Source: Octopus vulgaris
Taxonomy: Eukaryota
Length of the DNA: 64,000 nucleotides
Direction of reading: 5' to 3'
Assembly (NCBI GenBank): GCA_951406725.2
Contig: OX597822.1
Location: 558,001 to 622,000 of the forward strand
Part shown: positions 1 through 13,410 of the stretch, piece by piece
Position numbering within the stretch: position 1 is the first letter of the stretch
Layout: the number at the start of each line of letters is the position of its first letter
Notes under the pieces: model-generated
Told to the model about the DNA's origin: nothing
The model's database searches: none
What the model saw: only the letters and a program-made list of their open reading frames with translations
Translations under genes and position numbers: made by a program

Positions 1-642
1 TCTCTATAAAAATGTCAATCGCTGATGTCAGTGTGTAGGAAAGGAGAAACACCGGCAGCCCAGGCTAAAGAAAGTCTTTGCCCACGTAAAGTGTTGTTAT
101 TTGTCTGGTGGGATATGAAAGATTTAGTCCACTTTGAACTTTTAACCTAAACCAAACGATAACAAAGGGGATCTACTGCGAGCAGCTTGAGCGGCTTAAG
201 TTAGCACCAGAATAAAAACGACCTTGTTTGGTTTCAAGACGAAAGTTGTTCTTACATCAGGTAAATGCTCGACCACATACAGCGAGGATGACATTCGAAA
301 GGCTAGAGCAGTTTGAATGGGAAACGGTGCCCCACTCACCAAATTCGCCGGGCATTGCCCCATCTGATTATAATTTATTTCGCAGTCTTCAAAATTATTC
401 GGACGCAACAATATGGATTCTGTAGACGAGGTCAGAACAATACTGGAAGAGTATTTTTCGCCAGGGATAAGTGAATTTTGGAAGAGGAGTTTTCCAAGTC
501 TACCAGATAGATGGAAGAGCATTGTAGAAAATGAAGGGGAATATGTTTTAGATTAAAAGTAACCTTATCTTAATTTTGAAAAATAAAAGGCGTTATTTAT
601 AGGGTGATCCATAGAAAATGGCATTATTTATGGGATGATCCC
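1..642 (+). mobile_element. Decayed mariner (DD34D) transposon: 3' half of transposase plus right TIR
   Basis: Frameshifted motifs KVLLFVWWDMKDLVHFELL, LHQVNARPH and HSPNSPGIAPSDYNLFRSLQN (mariner YSPDLAPSDYHLF motif); TIR-like GGCATTATTTATGGGATGATCC at 620-641. Confidence 0.9.
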
Positions 643-657
643 CCCCTCTCTCTCTCC

Positions 658-736
<79 letters not shown>

Positions 737-1571
737 AAAAGAAAAGAAATGGAGCAATAAATAACAATGAGAAATTGATCATTGCTATTAAAATGTCTCC
801 TAGTTTAATTGTAATTCAGAACCATTTACAGCTGTTTCTGTTTATCAAATCGAAGCAAATTTGCATTTATCTCGTTCTATTTAGCAAACATCGTCAGAAT
901 GATTTAGAGGAATATAAAAAGGAGAAGAAGGGAAATGAAAGGAAAAGAAAAAGGCAGAAGAAAAAGGAAAAAGTTCGTTAAGTCTTTAGGTTTACATTTT
1001 AGTGACTTTTTGGGTTCCACGCGTGTGTACGTTTCTTCAATTAGATGAATGGAGCAGTAAGTGGGGAAAATGAATAGTTGACCGGCGGTGTTAGTCGGAG
1101 TTTCCTAGTGGAGATGTCCGGTGTTGTTAATTGTAATATATAACGCTGTTTTTGACCGCTGGGTTAGTCCCTATGATAACAAATAATGCCCTTTTTAAAA
1201 ACTAAGGATGCTTTTTAAAGTTAGTACGTTGATTTAAAATGTGGTCTAATATATTTGTACTCGCCTAGCAACAGGCGGAGAGCGGAATTTGTAAAGGCAG
1301 GATACATATTTTTTGGTCAAAATAGACGTCAACGATTTTTAAAACTTTCTTGAGCCATAATCGATAAGAAACATAGGCAAAGGGGTGTGGGGTGGAAGTA
1401 GAAAAAGATAAATGAAAGGAAAAGAAGAAAAAGAAAGGAATTTTGTTGCGTTGCCAGATCAAAGAGTTAAACCATTTAAAATGGAAAAAGTTGGTTATTT
1501 TGAGATAAGTATGAACGACTTTCATGAAGTGAAGCTAATGAATATATATGCATAAACTAATGAACATACAA

Positions 1572-1657
1572 ACATCCACACACAGCTCACACATCCACAC
1601 ACAGCTCACACATCCACTCACAGCTCTCACATCCACACACAGCTCACACATCCACAC
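1572..1657. repeat. 20-bp minisatellite (ACATCCACACACAGCTCAC-type), about 4 copies
   Basis: Direct tandem periodicity in the sequence. Confidence 0.75.
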
Positions 1658-1959
1658 ACACATACGCACGCACACGCACAGATATACACAAAGACAAACG
1701 CATCTTACACATACAAACGCACGCACTCATGCCAGAATATGTACATATAAACACAAACACACTTGCACGTACACAAACAGACACATACACCCACATACAA
1801 ACGCACATATGCACACATACAAGCACACATATGCAAAGGGATATACACCCATGCACAAACAAACCTAAGTACACACTCATAGAAATGCACGCCCGCACAC
1901 ACAGACACAAAGGCACAAAAGTACATTCATACTCCCATACAACCACCGATGGCTGTTTG

Positions 1960-2240
1960 TCTTGAAACAACGTCACCGTTTTTCGACGAGTTTTTACCAA
2001 ATTTCACAATGAGATCAAGCTGCAACGTGAAACTATGCATTGAACAAGAAAAGAACAAACTTCGGGTTACCCGAGGGATAAAACGAGTAAGAGTCAAGAA
2101 AGGAGATATATATAAAAATCGAAAGTTGTAATATAATAGTAGAGTAGGGGGTTTAGATTGAGATACAGAACTTTTGTCAGTTTATCTCTGCTCTGCCTGT
2201 CCCTTCAATCTTTCTCTAATCACTCTCAGTCACCCTTATC
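1960..2240. repeat. Dispersed repeat related to 24349-24629, possible solo LTR
   Basis: Shares GAA.CAACGT...ACGA.T.TTTACCAAATTTCACA..GAGATC with 24354-24407. Confidence 0.4.
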
Positions 2241-2254
2241 TGTATGGCTTATGG

Positions 2255-2325
2255 TATGTATGTATGTATGTATGCATGTAAGTATGTAAGTATGCATGCA
2301 ACTTTGCATGCATGCATGTATGTAC

Positions 2326-2356
<31 letters not shown>

Positions 2357-2380
2357 TGTATGTATGTATGTATGTATGTA
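2255..2380. repeat. (TATG)n microsatellite
   Basis: Seen directly. Confidence 0.9.
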
Positions 2381-3230
2381 GGGAAAAATAAGAAAAATCA
2401 ACGAAAATGCACATTGTAAATAAAAAAAAGAAAAGGCTTTTTTTATGTAGGGAATGGGGACGGTAAACCCGGACCACATGTTTCGAAGCCAATATGAACA
2501 TATTCTATGTAACTTCATAACAAATGCAAATAAAGCTCAGCTTTTCCTCAGGCTAATGATACACGGCTGTAATTCACCTTTGCAAGGAAAAGTGTATTTG
2601 TGTGTGTTACAAGTTAAGTAAGACATGTTCTGAATAGCTGGGAAACATATGTAGACTGGATTTACCTTCTCCATTTACTACACTCTTCAATTTATATTCG
2701 AAATATTATCAATCGTTGTTGCTAAACCGTGTATTGTATAGTGACGGTCATCTTATTGAAATTTCCATCTATTTCGATATGGGTCGAAGAGTACAACATA
2801 CGACGGTAAATAAACTTCGTTGAAATAGTATCATCTGCTTTTTGTCATCTATACAAACCGTGTACATGCTTGATGCTTACTAATTTCCTGTACCAAGACC
2901 TTCCTTTAATCACTCTGCTCTGTCACTACACACACACACACACTCTCACACGCACACGTGCTTTTCAAATATCAAGGAAGTGTGTCGAAATTTACCATTT
3001 CGTTTGTTTAGATTTCCAAAATGTTAAACTTTTAAAACTCTGTAAATCGAAGTTAATGCTTACAAGTTTCAGTATATTCCAGGGTTTATTAAAAATAAAT
3101 AAATAGATAAATTGCAATACCTGAATATATTTTAGTTATAAATAGATTTAAACATGAAGCCATACTAAATTTTGGATTACATAATTTTAATAGCGGCAAA
3201 AACAAATGCCAACAATGCATATTTTACTTT

Positions 3231-3350
3231 AAGGCGGCGAGCTGGCAGAATCGTTAGCATGCCAGAGAAAATGCTTAGCGGCATTTCGTCCGTCTTTACG
3301 TTTTGAGTTCAAATTCTGCCGAGTTCGACTTTACCTTTCATCCTTTCGGG
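3231..3350 (+). mobile_element. SINE family B (tRNA head, MetaSINE-like core), 3' truncated
   Basis: AAGGCGGCGAGCTGGCAGAATCGTTAGC head, B-box GAGTTCAAAT, core CCTTTCATCCTTTCGGG; many copies in the window. Confidence 0.8.
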
Positions 3351-3586
3351 CCTCATCTAGTGTTGTAGTAATTTACCCACAGCTCACAAGATTGTTCGTT
3401 TTTGGTTTTAAGCTGCCGCTCAGTCTTGTACACAATGAGAGACCTGAGCGCAGTATTGGAAAACGATCTGAATAGGCTGAGTGTATGAAACAGGTCAAGC
3501 AGCATAATGTCTCACATACTGGTATTTGAGGCTCTCGACCGCATTTCACAAGATTTCAGAGGTAATACTAACATCAAAGACAGTCA

Positions 3587-3861
3587 GTGGAGGCACATGG
3601 CCTAGTGGCTAGAGCAGCGGTCTCGCGGGTTCGAATCTCAGACCGGGCGATGTGTGTGTTTATGAGCGAAACACCTAAGCTCCACGCAGCTCCGGCAGAA
3701 GGTAATGGCGAAACTTCTACTGACTCTTTCGCCACAACTTTCTCTCACTCTGTTCTCCTGCTTCTTGCAGCTCACCGGCGCCCCATCCAGGTGGGAAACT
3801 TATACGCCAAGAAACCGGGAAACCGGCCCTTATGAGCCAGGCATGGCTCGAGAAGGAACAA
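3587..3861 (+). mobile_element. SINE family C (tRNA-derived)
   Basis: A-box TGGCCTAGTGG, B-box GGTTCGAATC, tail GAAACCGGGAAACCGGCCC...CTCGAGAAGGAAC. Confidence 0.8.
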
Positions 3862-5243
3862 CCAAAGACAGTCACAGTCTTGCTCTCTGCTGATTGCAGT
3901 CAAACCAAGCCAGTCATTATAAAGAGTATACTTGCTCATCAGTTGGGAGTATACCCAAAGAAACCCTATACTTCGAGACGAGTAGAAAAAAACGTTGGTT
4001 TCCCAACTAGTATAAGAATTTTAATGGAGATGTCTCAGCAGCCCGGTATGCATATGTTTTACTTGAGTAGGGGGTCATTTGATGCTGAAGGTAGAGATGT
4101 GAAAGTACAAGAGAATTGTAGAAATATCATCAACATCTCCCAAGTTTAAGTTTATCCCAGCCTTAGAGATTCATAGAAACACAGTGCCTTGCTGATAGAG
4201 CCATTCTGTCTCCCCAAAATGACATGGGAATTGATATTTATGCTACCATAATTCAACAGCTACGAGTCCAATTCAGGTGGAACAACCCGTTTATCTGGTT
4301 AACGCTTCCAGCTATCCAATAAAGCCCTTACTCACCAAGGGGAACCGAAAATAAGAGCACTCATGTTGCTACAAATTTAGATGCACCAAACTCTGTGATG
4401 GTATGGAATTTGCTATCTAAACTATTATTTCCCCATTGTGATCGGAAACAACATTATGACTGGCTGTGCTTGAAGAGAAGTTCGCATTCACCTCATCCGA
4501 TCTGACATACTATTTCTATTTAAACGACTTAACGATCATTAAGTTCCAGGAATAGTCTTTTAGAATTTCTAGAGTTGATGTGAAAAGTTCACGTTTCTCT
4601 TCGGGGCAAATCTATGTTGCATGTTTTGTGGTAAGCAAACGTCTTCTTAATCAAAGCACCAGATTAGCAGATATTCAAAATACTTGTTGTCGGAATCGCA
4701 CGTCACCGTTTGAATTGCTTGCATATTACGTGTTGCATATCACTTTAAATTTACAGGGAAATATATAAAGTAAAACAATGCGTTTTTGTAAGCAACAACA
4801 TTTAAATTGCATTATCAATAGACTCTGTCTCTGAGTCACAAGTATGATAGAAATCTACAAAAATTCAATGTAATGTAGATGCAGCTAAAACAAAATGTTA
4901 TCTGTATTACATATAAATATATGCATATATAATTACATAAAAGTCAACATAAAAATATGTTATGAGTTAAGTTGTCGTGACCGATAGTTAACGAACTAAC
5001 AGTCAGTGTGTTTCAATGAAATAAAGCTGGCTTTTTGTTCTCCGAGATTGGGACTCACATTCTAGTGTGTAGGAGTGTGTTATATTAATGGTATCTATCA
5101 TTATACTGATCCTCGCTTCTTCGTATGGTCATGCTGAGTTAATATTGTCGTGACAAGCGTTAGCACAAACCCGATAATGTCTAGCTTGATAGTGTGTGCT
5201 AACTTTAAATGACAGAGGTGGTATCTATGCCCGACTAAAGTAA

Positions 5244-5479
5244 GTTTCCTTCTCGAGTCGTACCGACGCATAAGGGCCGGTTTCCCGGTTTCATGACGTA
5301 TATATTCCCGACTTGGCTAGGACGCCGATCCGTCGCAGGATTACTCATTTTTGCCTCCTGAGTGGACCGGAGCAAAGTGTTTTAGTGAAGAGCACAATGC
5401 GTCGCTCGGTCCAGGAATCGAAACCACAATCTTACGATCATGCGTTCAACACCTTAATCACTAAGCTATACGCCTCCAC
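5244..5479 (-). mobile_element. SINE family C
   Basis: Reverse complement of family C head and tail (plus strand GGGCCGGTTTCCCGGTTTC). Confidence 0.75.
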
Positions 5480-5737
5480 ATCTATGCTCGAGGGGGCAAA
5501 ATAACATCGAAACACCATACATGGCAGTCATTTTACACATAAAGTATATTGGGAGAAATTTGCACGGTACAAAGAATCCTGCAGAGAATGGCATTCATAT
5601 TCTGGTATTGAGGAAAATGCTAAAAATAAATGTAGACATTAGTACTTGTTTTCACCGGTCGCTAAATAAGGACCGTGAACAAACCAACACCGGTTGTCAA
5701 CATTCATTCATACATACATACATGCATACATATATAC

Positions 5738-5983
5738 TGTTGTAACGTAATTGTTATATACAATAAGATAACCAGACAACAGTAAAAACAATGTAACGGA
5801 CTAACAAATCTCTTTACGAACCAATATTCCTTGTGAACCAACTGACACCTTCCGACCTCACTGCAAACTAATACGAACTTCACTCGACTCCGAACTCTGA
5901 ACTCTCGAATTCACTCGGATCGTTACTATTTACCCAGACCAGTCTATCTCTCACAAGGGGGCGTCGTAACTCTCATCGCAACA
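5738..5983. mobile_element. Candidate solo LTR
   Basis: About 246 bp bounded by TGTTG...CAACA, inserted in TA/CA-rich repeat; no clean TSD. Confidence 0.4.
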
Positions 5984-6676
5984 TATATATATCTATACAT
6001 ATAAATTTGACGTGGTCGATTCTTTCTTATCTTGGGATTCACGGTCAAACGGCTGGGTGGAATTGCGCCAAAAGTTACAAAGATGTGTAGAATGATCCGG
6101 TGGTGATGCTGGGCTTTGTATTTTTTCAAAGCTCCCATGGTTACCGAGATAATCTACTATGATAATACTCTTGTGTTTATGAATGAGAAAGGAAGGGGTG
6201 ATAGATGAATAAGGAAGGAAGGGGTGATATATGAATAAGGAAGGAAGGGATGATGGATGAATAAGGAAGGAAGGGAAGATGTCATACTTGGTAGTGGGAT
6301 GATGAAAATTGTGCGCTGAAAAAATAAATCAAACAGAGTTTCAACTTTGTATGAATATACGTGTTTATATAAATGAGGGATATGTGAATGCGTGTGTGTG
6401 TGCGTGTGTGTGTCTGTGTTTGCGTGTGTGTGTGCGCGTGCAATGAAAGTAGGTGGTTCATCTTTGTTCACTTAGTATTTGGGTTTCTTTTTTAATTTGG
6501 TTGAATCCTGGTTGTTTTTTTTTGTTGGTCAGTTATTTTTAGCGTTTTGACTGAAAAAAGTCATTCTAAAATTGCTTTTTAACGTAAGCGTGCCCAAACA
6601 AGTCGAATGCTTACACAGAGCAGGTTTGACAGCCACATCATCGAAATCGACCGGATGAAACTGGGCTTAGATGCTA

Positions 6677-6738
<62 letters not shown>

Positions 6739-6848
6739 TTAAACTCATGGTACAATATGTACCTGTTTGCTTGGAAGTAGAATAAAATTTTCCAAAACCA
6801 CGTATCTCTCACTATATGTAAACACGCACGGACACTGTAGTAAATACA

Positions 6849-7217
6849 GGCGCAGGAGTGGCAGTGTGGCAAGTAGCTTGCTTACCAACCACATGGTTCC
6901 GAGTTCAGTCCCACTGTATATAGTCTTCTACTATAGTCTCGGGTCGACCAAAGCCTTGTGAGTGAATTTGGTAGACAGAAACTGAAAGAAGTGTGTCGTA
7001 TATATGTATATATATATGTTTGTGTGTCTGTGTTTGTCCCCACAACATTGCTTGACAACCGATGGTGGTGAGTTTCTTACCCTGTAACTTAGCGGGACGA
7101 TAGAATAAGTACTAGGCTTACAAAGAATAAGTCCTGGAGTCTATTTGCTCGACTAAATGCGGTGCTGCAGCATGGCCGCAGTCAAATGACTGAAACAAAT
7201 AAAAGAGGGTAAAGAGA
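6849..7217 (+). mobile_element. SINE family A (tRNA head, internal TG/TA microsatellite, LINE-like tail)
   Basis: GGCGCAGGAGTGGCAGTGTGG A-box, GAGTTCAGTCC B-box, tail CAGCATGGCCGCAGTCAAATGACTGAAAC. Confidence 0.85.
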
Positions 7218-7486
7218 GCAAATACATTTAGAAAAAACGATTCTTCCAGTTTGAAAATCTACAAAGAGGAATGTAGATATTCCAGTATCTACATTGACAC
7301 TTAAAGCTCATCAGCTAGATTTACCACGCAAACTATTTTCAAAAATATATTACCTTTCCGTGCGCGTTTGTTCAACTGAAGGCCCCGTGACATCCAAACG
7401 AAATTTAGTGAGCAAATCTATCTATGTATATATGTATGTATGTATGTGTGTGTGTATGTATGTGTGTGTGTGTGTGTGTATATACA

Positions 7487-7628
7487 CGACGGGCTAGTTT
7501 CCGCCTACCAAATCTACTCACAAGTTGGCCACCGCCTGTAACAAAACACTTGCTCAAGGCACCATCCAGTGGAACTAGACCCGGAACATGTGGTTGGGAA
7601 GCAAGCTTCATACCACACAGCTACGCCT
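7487..7628 (-). mobile_element. SINE family A, head fragment
   Basis: Reverse complement of family A head. Confidence 0.75.
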
Positions 7629-7632
7629 GCCC

Positions 7633-7667
<35 letters not shown>

Positions 7668-8372
7668 TGTATGTGTGTTTATATGTTAAAAGCTATGCAT
7701 AGAAATAATGGAACCAGCTGTTGTTATCTAATATTGATATGTTAGCAAAGCAATAATTTTCACAATGATGTCTTTTTCATAACAGACATATATGTTCCCA
7801 CATACACACACACATACCTACATATACAGCATATGTATGTATATGTATACGCATGTATGCACATATACATATACATACACGCATAATCACACACAGAGAC
7901 ACACACATACATTCACGCACACACAATTATAGTCGAACAAAGTATTATTGCTAACATATGTGTCCACAGTCGACAGCAAAATTGTCTCACTTTCTCTCAC
8001 ACACGCACGGAAACATAAATTTGCTCTCTCTCCCCCATACTGAGACACAAGCACAAACTCGCAGACGCATACACACACACATACTCGCAGACGCATACAC
8101 ACATACACACACATGGATTGGAATATCTTGATAAGCCTAGCTTAGTGGAATAACAGCGAATAGATTATTCACAAGTATTAATGAATATTTTAACAAATCT
8201 CAAACTCCCATTTTATTTATGTTGATATCAATGTGACATTAGTAAACGTGTGTCTAGGTGGGATGCCTTGTTGCCGTCAACTGGTCCGCTAAATGTCAAT
8301 TAAACTACACCTCATCTCGATATATATAAACGGCAAAATGTCTGCCTGCGCGCGCGCGCGCGCGTGTGTGTC

Positions 8373-8407
<35 letters not shown>

Positions 8408-8496
8408 CTCCTTTATACAAATCCACAATCTTTCAGTTAGAAAGGCTCGCACTTTCTATGGTCATTCAAAACCGTCCAAGGCTGGTCGTGAACATA

Positions 8497-8734
8497 CTCT
8501 CTTTTACTCTTTTACTTGTTTCAGTCACTTGACTGCGGCCATGCTGGAACACCATCTTTAGTCGAGCATGTATGTATGTATGTATGTATGTATGTATGTA
8601 TGTATGTATGTATGTATGTATGTATGTATGTATGTGTGTCTTTTGCCGAACCGCTAAGTTTCGGGGACGTAAACACACCAGCATCAGTTGTCAACCGATG
8701 CTGGGGGGACAAACACAGACACACAAACACACAC

Positions 8735-8775
<41 letters not shown>

Positions 8776-8939
8776 CGACGGGCTTCTTTCAGTTTGCATC
8801 TACCAAATCCACTCACGAGGCTTTGGTCGGCCCGAGGCTATAGTACAAGACACTTGCCCTACGTGCTACGCAGAGGGACTGAACCCGGAACCCTGTGGTT
8901 GGTAAGCAAGCTACATACCACACAGCCACTTCTACGCCT
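8497..8939 (-). mobile_element. SINE family A with internal (TATG)n and (CA)n
   Basis: Head and tail both present in reverse orientation. Confidence 0.85.
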
Positions 8940-9479
8940 ACATTTCCCAAGTCACCCCGCAAAGCCATTAAAAATTAATAGAAGTGACTTTTTTGTGAAT
9001 TTTCTATCCAAAACCCAATCAAAATGCCCGAAACTTGATACGCCAATTGAATGCCAGCTAGCTGTATGTGATTGGTCGGAGACTTGGACAGTACTTGCGT
9101 GTATGTGCGCACGGACGCAGCTGTATATGCATGCACTAGCACTATGACCCGGCGTTGCCGGGTCATAGTGCTAGTCGTTAATAAAAAAGGATACACAGAA
9201 ACTGATTTCCCTTTTAGTGCCATGCTTGTGGTGTAGGCTCTTTCGGTTTTACCAATATATGATAAATCTAAATTCAGGCGTGAATGTGTGGTTAATGGAT
9301 TTGCTAGACAACCATAAGGTTTCCGGTTCAATCTTACTGCGCGGTATCTGTCTATTTGTCTGTCTGTATGGATGTCTGTCTGTATGTATGTATGTATGTA
9401 TGTATGTATGTATGTATGTATGTATGTATGTATGTATGTATGTATGTATGTATGTATGTATGTATGTATGTGTGTATAA

Positions 9480-9883
9480 TTTAAAGAAGAATGTTTCAGT
9501 CGAAATGGTGAATCTCAGTGACGTTTTTGTGTGCAAAGTTCATGACAGACCATGCTTTTCTTTAGCTGGGTTCAAATCTTATTTGCAGATCCATAAAAAA
9601 AACGAACCTACATCAACTACCTTGCCTATATATATGTGCACACACTTCAATGCCGTGTATGCCATAAGGACTGTAAATTTAACGGATGCCTCAAACGACA
9701 TTATAAGATCCACAAAGATCAAAACTTGACGGCAGTTCTTGGCGGTCCAGGTCAGATATGCAATCTATGTGGGTGCCTTTTCAGTACAATGTCTGGTTTA
9801 AAAAGCCACATCAAACGCCATGATGGGTCTAAGGTGTTGGTACAAGAGATGGTCAGAATCTGCATGAGGAGTGGACAACCACC

Positions 9884-9885
<2 letters not shown>
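9480..9885 (+). mobile_element. 3' end of RTE-like LINE with three C2H2-type zinc-finger remnants
   Basis: CKVHDRPCFSLAGFKSYLQIH, CRVCHKDCKFNGCLKRHYKIH and CNLCGCLFSTMSGLKSHIKRH in shifted frames; ends ATGGTCA...GGACAACCACCA followed by a (TATG)n tail. Confidence 0.6.
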
Positions 9886-9914
<29 letters not shown>

Positions 9915-10228
9915 ATGTATGTATGTATGTATGTATGTATGTATGTATGTATGTATGTATGTATGTATGTATGTATGTATGTATGTATGTATGTATGTAT
10001 GTATGTATGTATGTATGTATGTATGTATGTATGATGATGTATGTATGTATGTATGATGTATGTATGTATGTATGTATGATGTATGTATGATGATGTATGT
10101 ATGTATGTATGTATGTATGTATGTATGTATGATGATGTATGTATGTATGTATGTATGTATGTATGTATGTATGATGTATGTATGTATGTATGTATGTATG
10201 TATGTATGTATGTATGTATGTATGTATG

Positions 10229-10260
<32 letters not shown>

Positions 10261-11460
10261 TGATGTATGTATGCATGCATGTATGTATGTATGTATGTAT
10301 GTATGTATGTATGTATGTATGTATGTATGTATGTATGTATGTATGTATGTATGCATGTATGTATGTATGTATGTATGTATGTATGTATGTATGTATGTAT
10401 GTATGTATGTATGTATGTATGCATGATGTATGTATGTATGTATGTATGTATGTATGTATGTATGTATGTATGTATGTATGTATGTATGTATGTATGTATG
10501 TATGTATGTATGTATGTATGTATGTATGTATGTATGTATGTATGTATGTATGTATGCATGTATGTATGTATGTATGTATGTATGTATGTATGTATGCATG
10601 CATGTATGTATGTATGTATGTATGTATGTATGCATGTATGTATGTATGTATGTATGTATGTATGTATGTATGTATGTATGTATGTATGTATGTATGTATG
10701 TATGTATGTATGTATGTATGTATGTATGTATGTATGCATGCATGTATGTATGTATGTATGTATGTATGTATGTATGTATGTATGTATGTATGTATGTATG
10801 TATGTATGTATGTATGTATGTATGTATGTATGTATGTATGTATGTATGCATGTATGTATGTATGCATGTATGTATGTATGTATGTATGTATGTATGCATG
10901 TATGTATGTATGCATGTATGTATGTATGTATGTATGTATGCATGTATGTATGTATGTATGTATGCATGCATGTATGCATGTATGTATGTATGTATGTTTG
11001 CATGTATGTATGTATGTATGTATGCATGCATGTATGCATGTATGTATGTATGTATGCATGTATGTATGTATGTATGTATGTATGTATGTATGTATGTATG
11101 TATGTATGTATGTATGTATGTATGTATGTATGTATGTATGTATGTATGTATGTATGTATGCATGTATGTATGTATGCATGTATGTATGTATGTATGTATG
11201 TATGTATGCATGTATGTATGTATGCATGTATGTATGCATGCATGTATGTATGTATGTATGTATGTATGCATGCATGTATGCATGTATGTATGTATGTATG
11301 TTTGCATGTATGTATGTATGTGTATGTATGTATGTATGTATGTATGCATGTATGCATGCATGTATGCATGCATGTATGTATGTATGTAAGTATGTATGTA
11401 TGCATGTATGTATGTATGTATGTATGTATGCATGCATGTATGTATGTATGTATGTATGTG

Positions 11461-11492
<32 letters not shown>

Positions 11493-12015
11493 TGCATGCA
11501 TGTATGTATGTTTGCATGTATGTATGTATGTATGTATGTATGTTTGCATGTATTTATACATGTATGTATGTATGTACGTATGTATATTTTTATGTATGTA
11601 TGTATGTATGCATGTATGTATGTATGTATGCATGTATGTATACATGTGTGTATGTATGTATGTATGCATGTATGTATGTATGTTTGCATGTATGTATGTA
11701 TGTATGTTTGCATGTATGTATACATGTATGTATGTATGTACGTATGTATATTTCTATGTATGTATGTATGTATGCATGTATGTATGTATGTATGCATGCA
11801 TGCATGTATGTATGTATGTATGTATGCATGTATGTATGCATGCATGCATGTATGTATGTATGTATGCATGTACGCATGTATGTATGTATGTATGCATGCA
11901 TGCATGTATGCATGTATGCGTGCATGTATGTTTGTACGTATGTATGTATGCATGTATGTATGTATGTTTGTATGTATCTATGCATGTATGTATATATATA
12001 TGTATGTATGTATGT
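9886..12015. repeat. About 2.1-kb (TATG)n satellite, degenerating rightwards
   Basis: Seen directly. Confidence 0.97.
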
Positions 12016-12019
12016 TATG

Positions 12020-12572
12020 TCAGGGCACTTTCGAGTGCTACTGGTGACATGTAACCCAGTGCAACCTATTGCATGGTCGGGTCGTTGGCGTCTAAACCGG
12101 CAACCCCACCAAGCTTGCTTGGTGAGGAGGGTGTTTATTGGACACCCTGCGGGATGGAAAACAAAACCCGTCAAAGGGCGGAGCAACTCTTGAGAGTCAA
12201 CGGCCATCCAATAAATGTCTTAAGGCTGTATCATGCGCGGGGACGTAGAAATAATCGGACTGAATACCCGATCGCGCGGTTAAACCATTGGGAGTGAAGG
12301 ATTCCTAGCCTTTGTTAGGGCATCCTTCTAGGAGAAGGTAACTCAGGTAACTGGGATAACTCCAACATAAAACCAGCGGCTCAGTGGTTACCGATGAAGT
12401 TGACTTTTCTTCTTTTCGGATTATGGCTGCTATTGCTTAGTGACTGGGATTGACTCAGTGCACAACCTTTCCTCACTTTAAAAAAAAATCTTCTTGCACA
12501 GGCATTGCACGATAACAACATTGATTAAGCTTCGTGCAATGGCCATACTCGATAATGATGGCGCAGCCACCA
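12020..12572 (+). mobile_element. Non-coding repeat D (RTE-type bipartite 5'UTR + 3' tail element)
   Basis: Second copy at 55501-56041 (-); RTE-5'-like CTAGGAGAAGGTAACTC motif; 3' ATGGCCATACTCGATAA...CACCA then (TGTA)n. Confidence 0.7.
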
Positions 12573-12589
12573 TGTATGTATGTACTTGT

Positions 12590-12840
12590 TGCGCGTTGTG
12601 CTCTTGAGCAAGACACTTGATTTCACATTGTTTCAGTTCACTTAGCTGTAGAAATGAGTTGCGATGTCAAGGGTGTCAAGCTGTATCGGTCTTTGCCTTT
12701 CCTTTGGATAACATCGGTGACGTGGAGAGGGGAGGCCGGTATGCTCGGGCGACTGTTGATCTTCCATTGAGAATCTTGCCCGGACTTGTATCTAGGAGGG
12801 TAACTTTCTAGGTGCAATCTCATGGTCATTGATGAATGAA
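12590..12840 (+). mobile_element. Diverged SINE (family C-related body)
   Basis: GCGTTGTGCTCTTGAGCAAGACACTTGATTTCAC...AGTTCACTTAGCTG shared with 19620-19690 and 26690-26745. Confidence 0.55.
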
Positions 12841-12998
12841 AGGTTATGTATGTATATGTGTGTGATTGAGTGGGAGAGTATGTATGTATCTGAATGTGTG
12901 TTTGAAGGAGACTGTCTATGTATGTATATGTATACATGTCTTATGTATTGGTATCTAGATCCGTGTGTTTACACTTATATGTGTGTATGTTAGACATT

Positions 12999-13395
12999 AG
13001 GCGTAGGCGTGGCTGTTGGGTAAGAAGCTTACTTCCCAACCACATGGTTCCGGGTTCAGTCCCACTGCGTCGTAGTTTAGGCAAGTGTCTTCTAGTATAA
13101 CCTCGGGCCGACCAAATCCTTGCGAATGGATTTGGTAGGCGGAAACTGAAAGAGTCCTGTCGGATATATGTATGTATATCTGTGTGTGGGTGCCGTTGTG
13201 CCTGTGTTTGTCTCCGCACCACCACTTGACAACCGGTGTTGGTGTGTTTGCTTCCTCGTAACCTAGCGCTTCGGCAAAAAGACCGATAGAGTAAATACCA
13301 AGTTTTAAAAAGAAGTACTGGTGTCGTTTCCTTCGGTTAAAATTTCTTCAAGGCATGGCCACAGTCTAATGACTGAAACAAGTATAAGATAAAGG
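12999..13395 (+). mobile_element. SINE family A
   Basis: Head GGTTCCGGGTTCAGTCCC; tail CATGGCCACAGTCTAATGACTGAAAC. Confidence 0.85.
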
Positions 13396-13410
13396 ATACG
13401 TATGTATATA

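Noticed and set aside
3587-3650. tRNA genes
   Set aside because: A/B boxes belong to SINE heads; no complete cloverleaf
9752-12207. Long ORFs (up to 733 aa, HTYI/MYVC repeats)
   Set aside because: Translations of (TATG)n, which lacks stop codons; open in several frames on both strands
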